From NCBI RefSeq assembly GCF_001194135.2, contig NC_068984.1, forward strand, positions 65,195,563-65,259,012: a DNA stretch of 63,450 nt, read 5' to 3'. The translations under genes were made by a program, and so were the position numbers. This document shows, piece after piece, positions 1 to 12,426 of the stretch (the first letter of the stretch is position 1; the number at the start of each line of letters is the position of its first letter). The notes below the pieces were generated by a model, which was given only the letters and a program-made list of their open reading frames with translations, did no database searches and was not told the DNA's origin. Origin of the DNA: Octopus bimaculoides (Eukaryota).

Positions 1-35
<35 letters not shown>

Positions 36-182
36 GGTGGTTGCCTACTCCTTATGCAGAGTCTAACCACCTCCCGTACCTACACCCTAGATCCATCATG
101 GCGTCTGATGTGGCTTTTTAAGCCAGACAATGTATTGAAAATACACCCACGATACATACATAAACATGTATATAAATATGTA

Positions 183-223
<41 letters not shown>

Positions 224-660
224 TTATGTGTTTCAGCCAAGTGGCTGCGGTCATGTTGGTGCATGATATATATATATAGATATATATATATAGATAGATA
301 GATAGATAGATATATGAAAATACATATATCTGTGTATACATGCACATTTATATACAAATACTATAGATATGAACATTTACACAGACACACGAAATAAAAC
401 ATGTGCTCGCTATGCTTTGAGCAAATCATTGAAAATCGGAAATTCAGGAAGTTTGACCAATTTTCAATACATGTAATAAGTGTAAGTTCCAACAGTGAAG
501 CACAATCTAAACGCATACTTATAACAGAAACTTAATGGGAGAGTCTTTAATATGTTCAGATTAAATTATAGCTTGTTGCAGAGAGAAAATCAATATAATC
601 TGACGTAAATTGAAATTCATTCTTCTGATTAGAGACAATGTTTTAATCAGAAAAGTTAAT

Positions 661-697
<37 letters not shown>

Positions 698-1614
698 NNN
701 NNNNNNNNNNNNNNNNNNNNNNNNNNNNNNNNNNNNNNNNNNNNNNNNNNNNNNNNNNNNNNNNNNNNNNNNNNNNNNNNNNNNNNNNNNNNNNNNNNNN
801 NNNNNNNNNNNNNNNNNNNNNNNNNNNNNNNNNNNNNNNNNNNNNNNNNNNNNNNNNNNNNNNNNNNNNNNNNNNNNNNNNNNNNNNNNNNNNNNNNNNN
901 NNNNNNNNNNNNNNNNNNNNNNNNNNNNNNNNNNNNNNNNNNNNNNNNNNNNNNNNNNNNNNNNNNNNNNNNNNNNNNNNNNNNNNNNNNNNNNNNNNNN
1001 NNNNNNNNNNNNNNNNNNNNNNNNNNNNNNNNNNNNNNNNNNNNNNNNNNNNNNNNNNNNNNNNNNNNNNNNNNNNNNNNNNNNNNNNNNNNNNNNNNNN
1101 NNNNNNNNNNNNNNNNNNNNNNNNNNNNNNNNNNNNNNNNNNNNNNNNNNNNNNNNNNNNNNNNNNNNNNNNNNNNNNNNNNNNNNNNNNNNNNNNNNNN
1201 NNNNNNNNNNNNNNNNNNNNNNNNNNNNNNNNNNNNNNNNNNNNNNNNNNNNNNNNNNNNNNNNNNNNNNNNNNNNNNNNNNNNNNNNNNNNNNNNNNNN
1301 NNNNNNNNNNNNNNNNNNNNNNNNNNNNNNNNNNNNNNNNNNNNNNNNNNNNNNNNNNNNNNNNNNNNNNNNNNNNNNNNNNNNNNNNNNNNNNNNNNNN
1401 NNNNNNNNNNNNNNNNNNNNNNNNNNNNNNNNNNNNNNNNNNNNNNNNNNNNNNNNNNNNNNNNNNNNNNNNNNNNNNNNNNNNNNNNNNNNNNNNNNNN
1501 NNNNNNNNNNNNNNNNNNNNNNNNNNNNNNNNNNNNNNNNNNNNNNNNNNNNNNNNNNNNNNNNNNNNNNNNNNNNNNNNNNNNNNNNNNNNNNNNNNNN
1601 NNNNNNNNNNNNNN
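698..1614. other. Assembly gap, 917 N, flanked by (TA)n
   Basis: Direct reading. Confidence 1.
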
Positions 1615-2074
1615 ATATATATATATATATATATATAGATATATTTATATATATTGTAAACATATATGTAATTATTATATGTAGTGCTTACATCAACACA
1701 CTCAAACATAATTATACACACACATGCACATTCATGCATACACCTACACCATAAAGATACATAATTTCTTAATGTAAGAGTTCATAAACATTTATTGTAT
1801 AAATAATATCAGTAGATAGATCAATAGCTTTTAACATTTCAACATTCTCCCCTATCATCCCATTGATTTTTCTGACTAGCTCTAGTAAAGCATTCAGCTG
1901 TAAAACCACTGTTCCAGTCTTACATGCTCTAGTACACATAGTCTTACGTTTTCAAAACTCCCCAATCATACTTGAATACTTTGAAGCATTTTGGCACATT
2001 ACCAAATTTTCTTAGACATACTCTGTCTAAATTTTAGAAGAATAAGCCTTCATAAAAAAAAAAAACCCAAAAAA

Positions 2075-2255
2075 ACATGATGGTGTTAATGGTAGTTGTG
2101 ATGGTAATGGTGGCATTGAAACTGGAGATTATGTTGATGATGGAGGTGACAGTGTTTGCGACAGAGAAACTGCGATAGCAAATGTATTACAATGAAACAC
2201 ATTAACCAATTCTATGATTTGATAGTGATGGTGGCAACAATGGTCATGCTGGTGG

Positions 2256-2288
<33 letters not shown>
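2075..2288. repeat. Degenerate GAT/GGT trinucleotide region ending in pure (GAT)n
   Basis: Direct reading; pure run 2257-2288. Confidence 0.8.
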
Positions 2289-3538
2289 CACTCTCTATTA
2301 TGATAGTGCTGAAGGCCGAATAAAAAAAAGAGAAGATATACTTAATATCAATTTCTAAAGGCAGTTAACACAAAGACAACATATACTGTTTCTGACTCCT
2401 AACACCAATCCATTAGCTGTCAGTTATCCTTCTTTAGTTTGACTGATTCTAAATAAAAGTGACCAGATAACAAAGTAAGCTAAGAAATTCAACCTCCTGT
2501 AAACTGTAATGGCTTTTGAAAGTGATTCATTGTTGAAAAAGGATAATTTTAATCAATCAGTTATTAGACATATGCTACCCTAGCATAATATAGTGCCACT
2601 CGGAGCGATAACAAATTATTGTGGGTAAGAAAAATGTAAAATGTCTCCATTTATCTTTGCTGAGAAAACCAAATATTAAATAAAACCATTTTAATACAAT
2701 TCATTTTTGAGAAGAGACATTTCATCCTCGTAAGCATTGATTAATTATGATGGCTATTAACAAGTCACTGATTATACAATTAATGGATAAAATGATAAGC
2801 TTCTACTATTAGAGATATGGCCTTGTCATTTCTATACCATTACCCTGATACTTATAATCTATTAATTAAATAATGTAACAAGCAAAAGGAGAACTATTTC
2901 ACTAAATATGTTGAGATTTCAAGCTAGCTTGTATAAGAAAATGAAAATGAAAAAAAAGATGGTTGTTTACATGTAGTAAAACCTATCAGGTTATTAACCT
3001 CCAATTTTCTAGTGGTAATTATATTATTACAAGGTTAACTCTGCAGATATACGCATCTGATGAGATGATTCGATTCAGGAATTGCTTTTTATTATTGATT
3101 GAATTAAATTTATTTAACCTGCTGATGTTATTCAGAAATTCATAAGAATTACCCATTCTCATTCCCCTATTATGAATTTATTCTTAAATTTAAAAAATGT
3201 TTACAATAATAAATATATATTCAGGTCAATATATATATATATATTCATTTGTGTGTGGACATATATATATATACATCTACAAATAGCAGCAGCTCAGATG
3301 ATGTAACCATTTTATCTTCTATTCTCACAGTCAAAGGGGATCTTTAACTGTGAAACTTACTAGATGAATACACTAGTGAATATACCTTGAAAAAAACACC
3401 TTGTATATTCTCTATAAATCTGTAGAACTATGCTCACTGGATTCTGGCAAAACCCCTAAATTGCTAACTTATGCCAACATGGGAAGTGGACATGATAATG
3501 ATTATGATATGCATGCAACCTATATTCACGTACATATA

Positions 3539-4778
3539 TTGGGTCATCCCATAAATAATGTGGTTTTTTTATACATTTTTTATTTTTCATAAATTAAGAT
3601 AAAGTTATTTTTTAATCTAAAATATACTCTCCTTCATTTTCTATAATGTTGTTCTATCAATCTAGACTTGCAAGGCCCCTCTTCCAATGTTCCCTTGTCC
3701 ATGATGGAAAATACCCCCCCCCAGTTCTGTTCTGACCTTGTTCTGTCCAAATGATTTTCAAGACTGCAGAATAAATGACAATCAGATGGGTCAATGTCCA
3801 GTTAATATAGTGGGTGAGGCATCATTTCCCATTCAAACTGCTCCAGCCTTTGAAATGTCATTCTCACTGTCTGTGGCTGATGGACGAACACCTTTTTGTC
3901 TTGAAAACAAAGATGGTCATTTTTCTTCTAGTGCTGACTTAGGCCACTCAAGCTGTTCACAGAAGATCTTTGTTATCGTTTGGTTTTGGTTCAAAAGTTC
4001 AAAGTGGACTAAACCTTTCATATCCCACCAGATGGCAACACCTTACGTGGGTGAAAACCTTCTTAAGCCTGGGGTGCCAGTGTTTCTCCTTTCCCTACCC
4101 ACTGTTTTTGGTGCTTCACATTTTTATAGAGAACCTATTTCTCATTACCAGTCACTATTTGGTCAAAAAAAGGTTTATTCATGAAACATGACACCAAAGA
4201 AGAGCACACATTCACTCTCTGCACACAATTAGACTTGGAAAGTTTGTGAAGAACCCACTGACCCAATTTTCTCACTTTTCCAATGACACGCAGGTGTTGA
4301 TGAATGGTTGAATGACCAAATCCAAGCTTCTCTGTTAGTTCCTCAACAGTTACAAACAATGGTATTTTGTTCCACCAGGGTTTGCAGAACGTCCTCGTTG
4401 AGCTCTACAGATCTTCCCAGATGAGGCTCGTCTTCTAGGCTGTAGGTTCTGGCTTGGAATTTCTGGAACTACCATTGACACTGGCTTACGCTTATTGTCT
4501 GATCCCCATATACTGCATTAATATTCCTTGCACTGTTGCCTTTATTGAACTCATAAAGCAAAATATGCTGAATATGCTCCTTTGTCACTTCCATTATAGC
4601 TTTGAAAATATAACTATGAAAATTGAACTGCAGTTTTCAAAACTTGCACTAAGAATAAGTTCAAGGAAGAATTACTACCTGCTTTTATAACAAGTTGATG
4701 CTGGTATTTCATCTTGTCCCCCTCCAACTTTTACTTCATGCAATTGAAAAAAACTGCATTATTTATGGGATGACCCAA
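3539..4778 (-). mobile_element. Full-length decayed mariner (Tc1/mariner) DNA transposon, 1240 bp
   Basis: TIRs TTGGGTCATCCCATAAATAATG(TG/CA)GTTTTTTT (22 bp identical, then 2 mismatches); TA at 3537-3538 and 4779-4780; internal transposase remnants. Confidence 0.95.
3612..4594 (-). pseudogene. Mariner transposase pseudogene (stops and frameshifts)
   Basis: Pieces: MEVTKEHIQHILLYEFNKGNS...W*FQKF...SLEDEPHLGRS; GQWVLHKL (WVPHEL motif); IVTGNEK*VLY (first catalytic D motif); WEMMPHPLY*LDIDPSDCHLF (YSPDLAPSD motif); IIENEGEYILD* C-terminus. Confidence 0.93.
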
Positions 4779-4924
4779 TATATTCATATATAAATATACA
4801 TATATATATTCATATATAAATATATATAATACATAAGTATATATTATATATATTATACATTTATATAATATATGAATATATAAGTATATATAAATGTCTG
4901 TAGCACACGCACACATTATATATA

Positions 4925-5408
4925 CAGTAATCCATTGACTACTGCAGGTGTTACATTCCAAAGCACCCCCGTGATAGATAAAAATCCATGAAGTAGAAAC
5001 AGTACCGTACTGTATATTTTTGTTATTATTTTTTTAATTTGTATATATTTATTTTATCATGAATGCAGAACAAAACCACACACCTCCTGACTTTTGTCTT
5101 CCATACAGTATGTGGATTCTTTGATTACTCATTTACTATGTATTTTCTTTTAATATATTTTAATTAATGTGTTATACTGTGCAGTACTGTACTGTATTTC
5201 TATTTATTAATTTATTGATATTTAGGCGTGAAAATGCTCATTTTACCACAGAAATAATTAAAATCTAAAATAATATAAATACCTATTGGCTGCAGAAACC
5301 CGCGATATACTGAGGAGTCTGCAATATAAATTTACATATGTTAGCCAGAAAAATCCAAAATGTACTGAGGGTGCGATAGGTGAACCGCAATATAGCGAGT
5401 AATTACTG
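4925..5408. mobile_element. pogo/Tigger-like MITE, about 484 bp
   Basis: TA|CAGTAATCC... and ...ATTACTG|TA ends; right end reads CAGTAATTACTCGCTATATTGCGGTTCACC on the minus strand, a Tigger-style terminus; TIRs degenerate beyond CAGTAAT. Confidence 0.65.
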
Positions 5409-5998
5409 TATGTGTGTGCGTGTGCATGTGTGTGTATATATATATAAGAGGATAATTTTATAACTCCGGTTAAACAGAAAAGCAATTTTGTTAATCCGAA
5501 GAAAAAAAAAAGAAATAGGACTGCAGCTGGAAGTGCTCAGGTGACACCGAGGCGAAAGGAGAAATAAACTGAAAGGTATGATGAATAAATGTTCCAATCA
5601 GTCATTAAAACAACAGGGCACCCAATGGTAAAATGCAACAGTATAAAATATACACATATACATGAATAAAAGGTGATAAAACCTAAAAGAGTGAAGTTGA
5701 ATGAAGAAAAATATACGGAATAAATTAATGCATAATAGAGGCGACTAAAAATTTAAGGTAATGGAGCTAAAATAATATATATACATAAACATACAAGAAT
5801 ATAAATATAAAAAACAAAGTGTAAGGTAACCAGAACAGAGTCCATTCAAGACCATCTCTATGATCATTTTAAAGGATGCCACTTTACATCGTTAATGTAC
5901 AATCCATTAAAGAATTCCAAAGGCAACCCCTTTTCATCTGGAGAAAACTTACAGACTTCACATTTCTGGTTATCACATTATACAATAATACTTATATA

Positions 5999-7318
5999 TC
6001 CGTATATATATAAGACAGGATGTGTGTGCGTGCATGTGTGTGTGTGTGTACGTGATTGTACTTTATGCACGTCCACAAATTAGCACGCATGTTGCTCCAA
6101 TTTTAGGAGGAGATTCGTCATGACCCTATCTGCATTTTAGTCAACTTTTTCTCTCAGAGGCACCCGTGTATAGCTGTAAAAATCAATAAACTTTTACCAA
6201 TTTTGAAGTTTGTTGACATGGCGAAGTCAAATCTGTGTGTACGCGCGTGAAGGAGAGAGAGAGAAAGAAAGAAAGAAATAGTTTGTTTGTGACAAGGGGA
6301 GTTACAGAGTGTTTGCTAGCATCTAGCAAAAAAAAGTCAACAAAAAGTGGGAAAGGGAGACAAAGCATCTAAGGAAAAAAAAATTTTCTAGCCAAGACAG
6401 AGTTTGTTTGCCAGAGTCTAACAAAAAAAAAAAAGGAACGAAAAAGTGGAAGAGGGAGACAAAGCGTCTAACGAAAGAAAATGTAGGTAAGGAAGACAGA
6501 GTAAGTGTAAAATGTAAAATGCTTTTTTTTCTTAAACATGAGATATAGTTTAAAATATAAGATGTTTTTGAAAGACACTATATATACTTTCTCACACAAC
6601 AATTAAAACATATTTATTTTAAATCATTTATTTATTTTAAATCGTTCATCTTTCTCCCCCTCTCACTCTCACGTACACGCACACATATATTACTTTGGGA
6701 GCAAAAGAGTTTTGTTTATATTTCACAACAACTAGGAAACAAAAAGGTATGTAACAATTTGTCAGTCACCCCCCACCAACCCGTTTTTCGGACCACAAAA
6801 AGGGTTTGGTAATTTTTCAGATTAACACCCGCACGATTTCCACTAGGGTGTTACAGTTAGGGTTTTAGAGTTAGGGTTAGGGCTTTATACGGTTAGGATT
6901 AGGGTTAGTGTTAGGGTTAGGATTAGGATTAGGGTTGGTGTTAGGGTTACGGTTTTAGGGTCAGGGTTAGGGTTAGGGTTTAGGTTTAGAGTTAACCTAG
7001 AAGGGACAGGCCCCTTATTTTTTGGTTAAGGATGTTGGTAAGTTTTCCTAAGTTACTCCAATCCAGATCCTCAATGCAAACCTTCAGATCAACCTTCTCC
7101 TATGCAGATCTCTAATAATGCAACTTAAAAAAAAAGTCAATGAGTGGAAATAACCAATAAACTGATTCCTTATGTGATTTCCCAATCCAATTGCCAGCAA
7201 ACCATTTTCAGCCAAACCAATTTCAACGGATTTCGGTCAAATCTGATGTCAATGTTACTTATTTTGGTTTGAAATAAAGCACTTGATCACTTAATAATCC
7301 TAGCTTAATCCCGGGCAG
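5999..7318 (+). mobile_element. Non-autonomous Helitron-like element; 3' end runs into a gap
   Basis: Starts A|TCCGTATATATATAAG then GT-rich tract; ends CCCGGGCAG at the 10-N gap where the GC hairpin and CTRR end would lie; richer in CpG than flanks; no ORF. Confidence 0.55.
6856..6993 (+). repeat. Degenerate interstitial telomere-like (TTAGGG)n array
   Basis: About 10 perfect TTAGGG units mixed with TTAGGA, TTAGTG, TTACGG, TCAGGG variants. Confidence 0.9.
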
Positions 7319-8191
7319 NNNNNNNNNNATATGTATGTATACACACACACATACATTGAAGTATCATTGTATATAATAATGTTTTATTTAATCATTATCA
7401 AACTAAGATGTACTTATCATCCACCCTTGTATTTGTTCACTTCTGCTATTATCAATACCAACTTTACTGTACCCTCACCATATATTCCTGTCTTTTTCAT
7501 CTGATTTTCTTATCATATTCCTTCCCTTTAAATCTAGTCCTTTTGAACTCTCTCTTCCTCTCTCCTCATTCTTCCTCCTAAGTCACCTGGGCAAACATAC
7601 ATGCTTTAGGTTATTGAATATGCTCTACACTCTACACCACCACCCTCCATACCTTTCTACTGTCATTGCTTCCTCTTCTTGGTTCACACACCTTGGGTTA
7701 CTAAGCACTCTAGAATTTTACTGTGTACATAGTACCCTATCTCCTGTGATGGTGCTAAAACAAAACTCACCTTGCTCCTTCTATAGCTGAAGGGTAAATG
7801 ATAAATGAAGCTACCTATTTAGAGTTGGTGTCACAAAAATGCATCGAACATACAGTATAAAGTGATTGGTAAATAAGCAGAGAAAGTATAGAATGGTCAG
7901 GTCCCTTCAATCTTGTCTCATCGAGATTTACTCAGTCTCTCAGGCTGATGACATGAGAAAATTCTGTTAAGTGACAGGAAATAGAAAGAGCATCTGATCA
8001 CAGAAAGAAAAGACTAGCTAGACAAGACATGAGTACCAGCCTTTTGGAATAGTAGCTCCTAATAAGAAATGACTTTGATGATCTGTCCAGTCAATACTAG
8101 CATCAGAGGTGGACATTAAACAATAATGATGATGATGTTCTGAATCAGTCTTTTAGATTGTATGAATGGATAGGCACAAACGTGGTTTATA

Positions 8192-8593
8192 GGTGCAGGC
8201 ATGGCTGTGTGTTAAGAAGCTTGCTTCCCAACCACATGAATCTGGATTCAGTCCCACAGCATGGCACCCTGGGCAAGTGCCTTCTACTATAGCCTCAGGC
8301 TGACCAAAGCCTCATGAGTGATTTTGGTAGACAGAAACTGAAAGAAGCTCCCCATGTATGTGTGTTTGTGCGTGTGTGTGTGTGTGTTTGTCTGTCCCCA
8401 GCTATCACTTGATAACCGATGCTGGTGTGCTTTTCTTTTTGTCCCCATAACGTCGAGGCTCAGCAAAAAGAGACTGATAGAATAAGTAACAGGCTTAACA
8501 AAATAAATACTGGAGTTGATTCATTTCACTAAAAGATTCTCCAAAGTAGTGCCCCAGCATGGCCTCAGTCAATTGACTGAAACAAGTAAAAGG
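8192..8593 (+). mobile_element. tRNA-derived SINE, family A
   Basis: A-box-like TGGCTGTGTG, B-box-like GATTCAGTCCC, CORE-like CCTGGGCAAGT, internal GT microsatellite, tail GACTGAAACAAGTAAAAG; homologous copies elsewhere in the window. Confidence 0.85.
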
Positions 8594-10254
8594 AAAAAAA
8601 AATAATTAAAAAGAATAAAGGGGAAAAAAACCATAAACCAAGAAAGATTATCAAATTAGTTTATTCGGTAGACACTAAAATTAGGTTGTGTAACCTAATT
8701 CAAATTTAGGAAAAAAAAATAAACAAATAATTTCAGAGGTGATGGAGTGAATGATGTATGCAACAAATTCTTAATTAATTGAAATTTCTCACTTAAAGAG
8801 AAAAAAAAACAACTTTAATGCTAATTGTTAGGCTCAAAGAAAAGGGGAAATAATTTTAAAAAATATAAAAAAACAAGCAAAAATGATTTCCATGCTCAGG
8901 AGGAGAATCTGACGTTTGCTTTCCCCTAAGCATATAAATTCATTCTGTGAAATTATTGTATATTTTTTTAAGATTATCTACTACTCTGTGAGAGTTGCCA
9001 ACAATTCCCATGAAGTTTTGGCTTGTTCACCCAAGAGAGAAATTTTAATTAACTGAGGATTTTTTGGTGTATTTCATTCAGTACATCGCAGCTCAGCTTA
9101 ATTTATTTATCTACATTCATGCCAATGATTCTCATGAGTTACTTCCCTTGACATTTAAAAAAAATAGTTATTGAAAACTAAGTAATTAAATATAATAAAT
9201 TATGAGCTATTTATAAATCTTTTTCACTTTATATCTATCACATTTAAACTTTATTATTCTTAAGAGAGCTTTATCTTGTAGTTTTGTTATAATAAATTGC
9301 TTGCAATCTTTGATAGTATCTTACATAGTAACATAACTGTTCTACAAAGATTTGGCAGTTATCTAATTGAAAGATTGGTGTCAGATAAGCTAAAACGTTT
9401 TCCTAAGTAGATCTAACTTTACTGAAGTGTATGGGCTGTACTTTCTAAAACTACTTCAGAGAAATATTGTAAGTTAGGCAGTGATGTGTTTGATATTGAA
9501 ATTATCTATAATGAAATGTTAAGTTCAATAAATTATTTATATTTTAATTTTAAAAAAGTGGTTTGCAAATGTTGAAAAGTGTAGGAATGACAAGCTAATA
9601 CTTCAAAGAAAATGCTAGCATTTTACAGTTAAATTTGAAAGTTGTCCACATTAGTTTAAAATGAACACTTGTCCTATCAGTTAACTTTTGTCTACCAGGA
9701 GAAATCTGAAATGACAGACCAATACAATCTAACTTTACACAGAAATGTGAACTGGAAATAAGTTGAACTAAAATTGCAGATGAGAAAGACACAGAGTACT
9801 TGGCAACTTGCTTGATATCAGATAAAAAAGAAGAAATAAATGCTAATGCATTTTATTCAAATGGAAATCAAAAATTGTAAAAACAAAACAAGAGCAATAT
9901 CTATTTAATCCATGAACACATCATATAGAGATTTCCAAGAATTTGGAAGTATATCTTTGTTAGATTTTTCTGAAAATATATAATAAATCTTTAACTTACT
10001 GTATGTTCTTTTTTCATCTACTGATTAATTTTTTGAGTAGGATCAAAGCATATCTTAAAGGAAAGTAATATATTTGACTGACCTAATTCCATTATAGCTT
10101 TAATATTTATATCATACACAATTTCAAAAGATGAGTTAAATTTAAAATTAAAGACTTGAAGAATTAAACTAGATGTATATAGAGTAAAGAAAACTAGTGC
10201 TGTTTCCTATTTCTTCTGAACTAACACACCACCCATTTTTAACATGTCATAATT

Positions 10255-10309
<55 letters not shown>

Positions 10310-11135
10310 CAATTTTGTATGTTACTTTTGTAATCACATATAAGTTTAACTGTACACTGATTGAGAGTTTTATGAGAAATCAATCTGAGAAAATTCTGAT
10401 GTCAATTTCCAGTGAAGAATATTATTTAAAAAAAATTAATACTAAACCAGACTTTCAAGGACATGATACAGGAAATATGTTAAAATATGTTCATTAAGAT
10501 AACACAAGAAGCATACACAAAAAGCAAGGTATTCAGCATTAATGCAGTTATAAATATGTTTTTAAGATGTAAAAACTTTTGTTTTGGTTATTTTCTAATA
10601 AACATAGTTACTAGATTTTCCAGATCATAAAATTACTCAAAAGAATTTGAAGTTTGTTACAAGCTAATTGCAAGTAAGAAATCTTCCACTTTGTTTTGAT
10701 AATGATTTTGATTTGAGAGTTGCACTATTTCACAAGTTTAAATGCAGTGGTAGAAACAGAGATTTATTAGATTGTGCATCTAAACTTTTGACATTAATCA
10801 ATGTGAAATTGTAGTACATGAAAACATAAATATATTCTCAGTTTCTTTTTTATTATTGTTGATAGAAGTAAATACTAGTGAATGTTCAATAATAATTCCA
10901 AAATGTTGCAATTAATTCAGGTTATATTAAAAGTATTTATATTTCTAGAACTCTCTTTTTGGAATAATTCAGTCTAGAAACTTTAACTCCTCCTACAATA
11001 AATCTCTCTAATTTTATACCATCATGTCAACTTCAGTAAATTTTTAATGTATTCATATTTATGGGTGTTATATATTGTACAATGTATGTACAACTTTCTA
11101 GTCAGACTGATAATTTATAAATATATATATATATA

Positions 11136-11380
11136 TCATCATTATCATCATCATCGCTGTATAACGTCCACTTTCCATGCTGGCATGGGTTGGACAGTTT
11201 GACTGAGAGCTGGTGAACCAGAAGGCTGCACCAGATTCCATTCCAAGCTGACAATGTTTCTACAGCTGGATGCCCTTTATAATGCCAACCACTCCGAGAG
11301 TATAGTAGGTGCTCTTTACGTACCACAGGCCTGAGGGCCAGTCAGGAGGTACTAGCATTGGCCATGCTTGGATGGTGCTT
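11136..11380 (-). mobile_element. SINE/LINE-tail family B with (GAT)n tail
   Basis: CATCATC...AACGTCCACTTTCCATGCTGGCATGGGTTGGAC...TTTCTACAGCTGGATGCCC, homologous to 24965 and 34416 copies. Confidence 0.8.
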
Positions 11381-11429
11381 ATATTGTGTTGAAATAGATA
11401 TTCATCATCATATGTCAAGGAACAACAAT

Positions 11430-11522
<93 letters not shown>

Positions 11523-11630
11523 ACACATACACACAAATATATATATGTAGGTACACACACATATATACAGATATACATATATATGCATATATACATATGC
11601 ATGCATGCGCGTGCACACACACACACACCA
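11430..11630. repeat. Compound microsatellite (TA)n(GA)n(CA)n
   Basis: Direct reading. Confidence 0.95.
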
Positions 11631-12067
11631 TTCTGTGTATCATACTCAAAGTAGATACCTAACAGAATCTGAGAAGTGTTGTCATGGTATATGGTATGCC
11701 TTGGGCATCATAACTTTTGTTTGGTAGAGTCCATTCCTCTCCAGATCTGCCATGTTCTGAAGTGCTAAAACAAAACCATTCACTTTTATATGTTATATAG
11801 ATTTAATACCAAAAGTAACTTAAATTATCAATGACGTTTGTGCAAATGTCCCAATTATCAGTTTGAAGCAAAAAATAATCACCGAATAAAAGTCAGTAAG
11901 ATCAAACCCAGCTCACTTATATATAGCAATATTTAAGCAATTTACAATATTTAAAAATATAGTCTTTTCTATCTACTGCTGGTATATATTTATACTTGCA
12001 GTATAAATATATTTTGCAGTATATATTTTTACGGCAACATAAATATATCTAATCTTCTGCTATTTTA

Positions 12068-12426
12068 TTCGTTTCAGTCATTGAACTTTGGCAATGTTGG
12101 GTACTACCTTGAAAGGTTTAGCGAAACAGATTGACCCCAGTACTTATTTATTAAGCCTGGTCCTTATTTTATTAGTATATTTTGTTGAACTTCCAATTGT
12201 CAAGGGCTGTAGAGTTTAGAAACTTAAACACAAAGACACAAAAATACACACACACACACACACACACACACAATGTGCTTCCATAGTTTCTGTCAACCAA
12301 ATTCATCCACAAGGCATTGGACGACTTGGGCTATAATAGAAGACACTTGCCCAAAGTGTTGTACAGCGAGACTGAACCCAAAACCACATGGTTGCAAAGC
12401 AAGCTTCTTAACTGCACAACCATATC
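12068..12426 (-). mobile_element. tRNA-derived SINE, family A (diverged)
   Basis: Reverse-complement match to the 8192 copy: tail GTTTCAGTC at left, CA tract, GACACTTGCCCAA, head AACCACATG...AAGCTTCTTA at right. Confidence 0.8.

Noticed and set aside
54-1739. ORFs of 70-392 aa rich in YI and X
   Set aside because: Translations of (TA)n and the N gap.
3057-3085. CTGATGAG...CGAT hammerhead-like string
   Set aside because: No GAAA and only a 1-bp helix II.
3738-4184. 148-aa plus-strand ORF
   Set aside because: Antisense to the mariner transposase remnant.
6856-6993. True telomere or fusion scar
   Set aside because: Short, degenerate, single orientation and embedded in an apparent mobile element.
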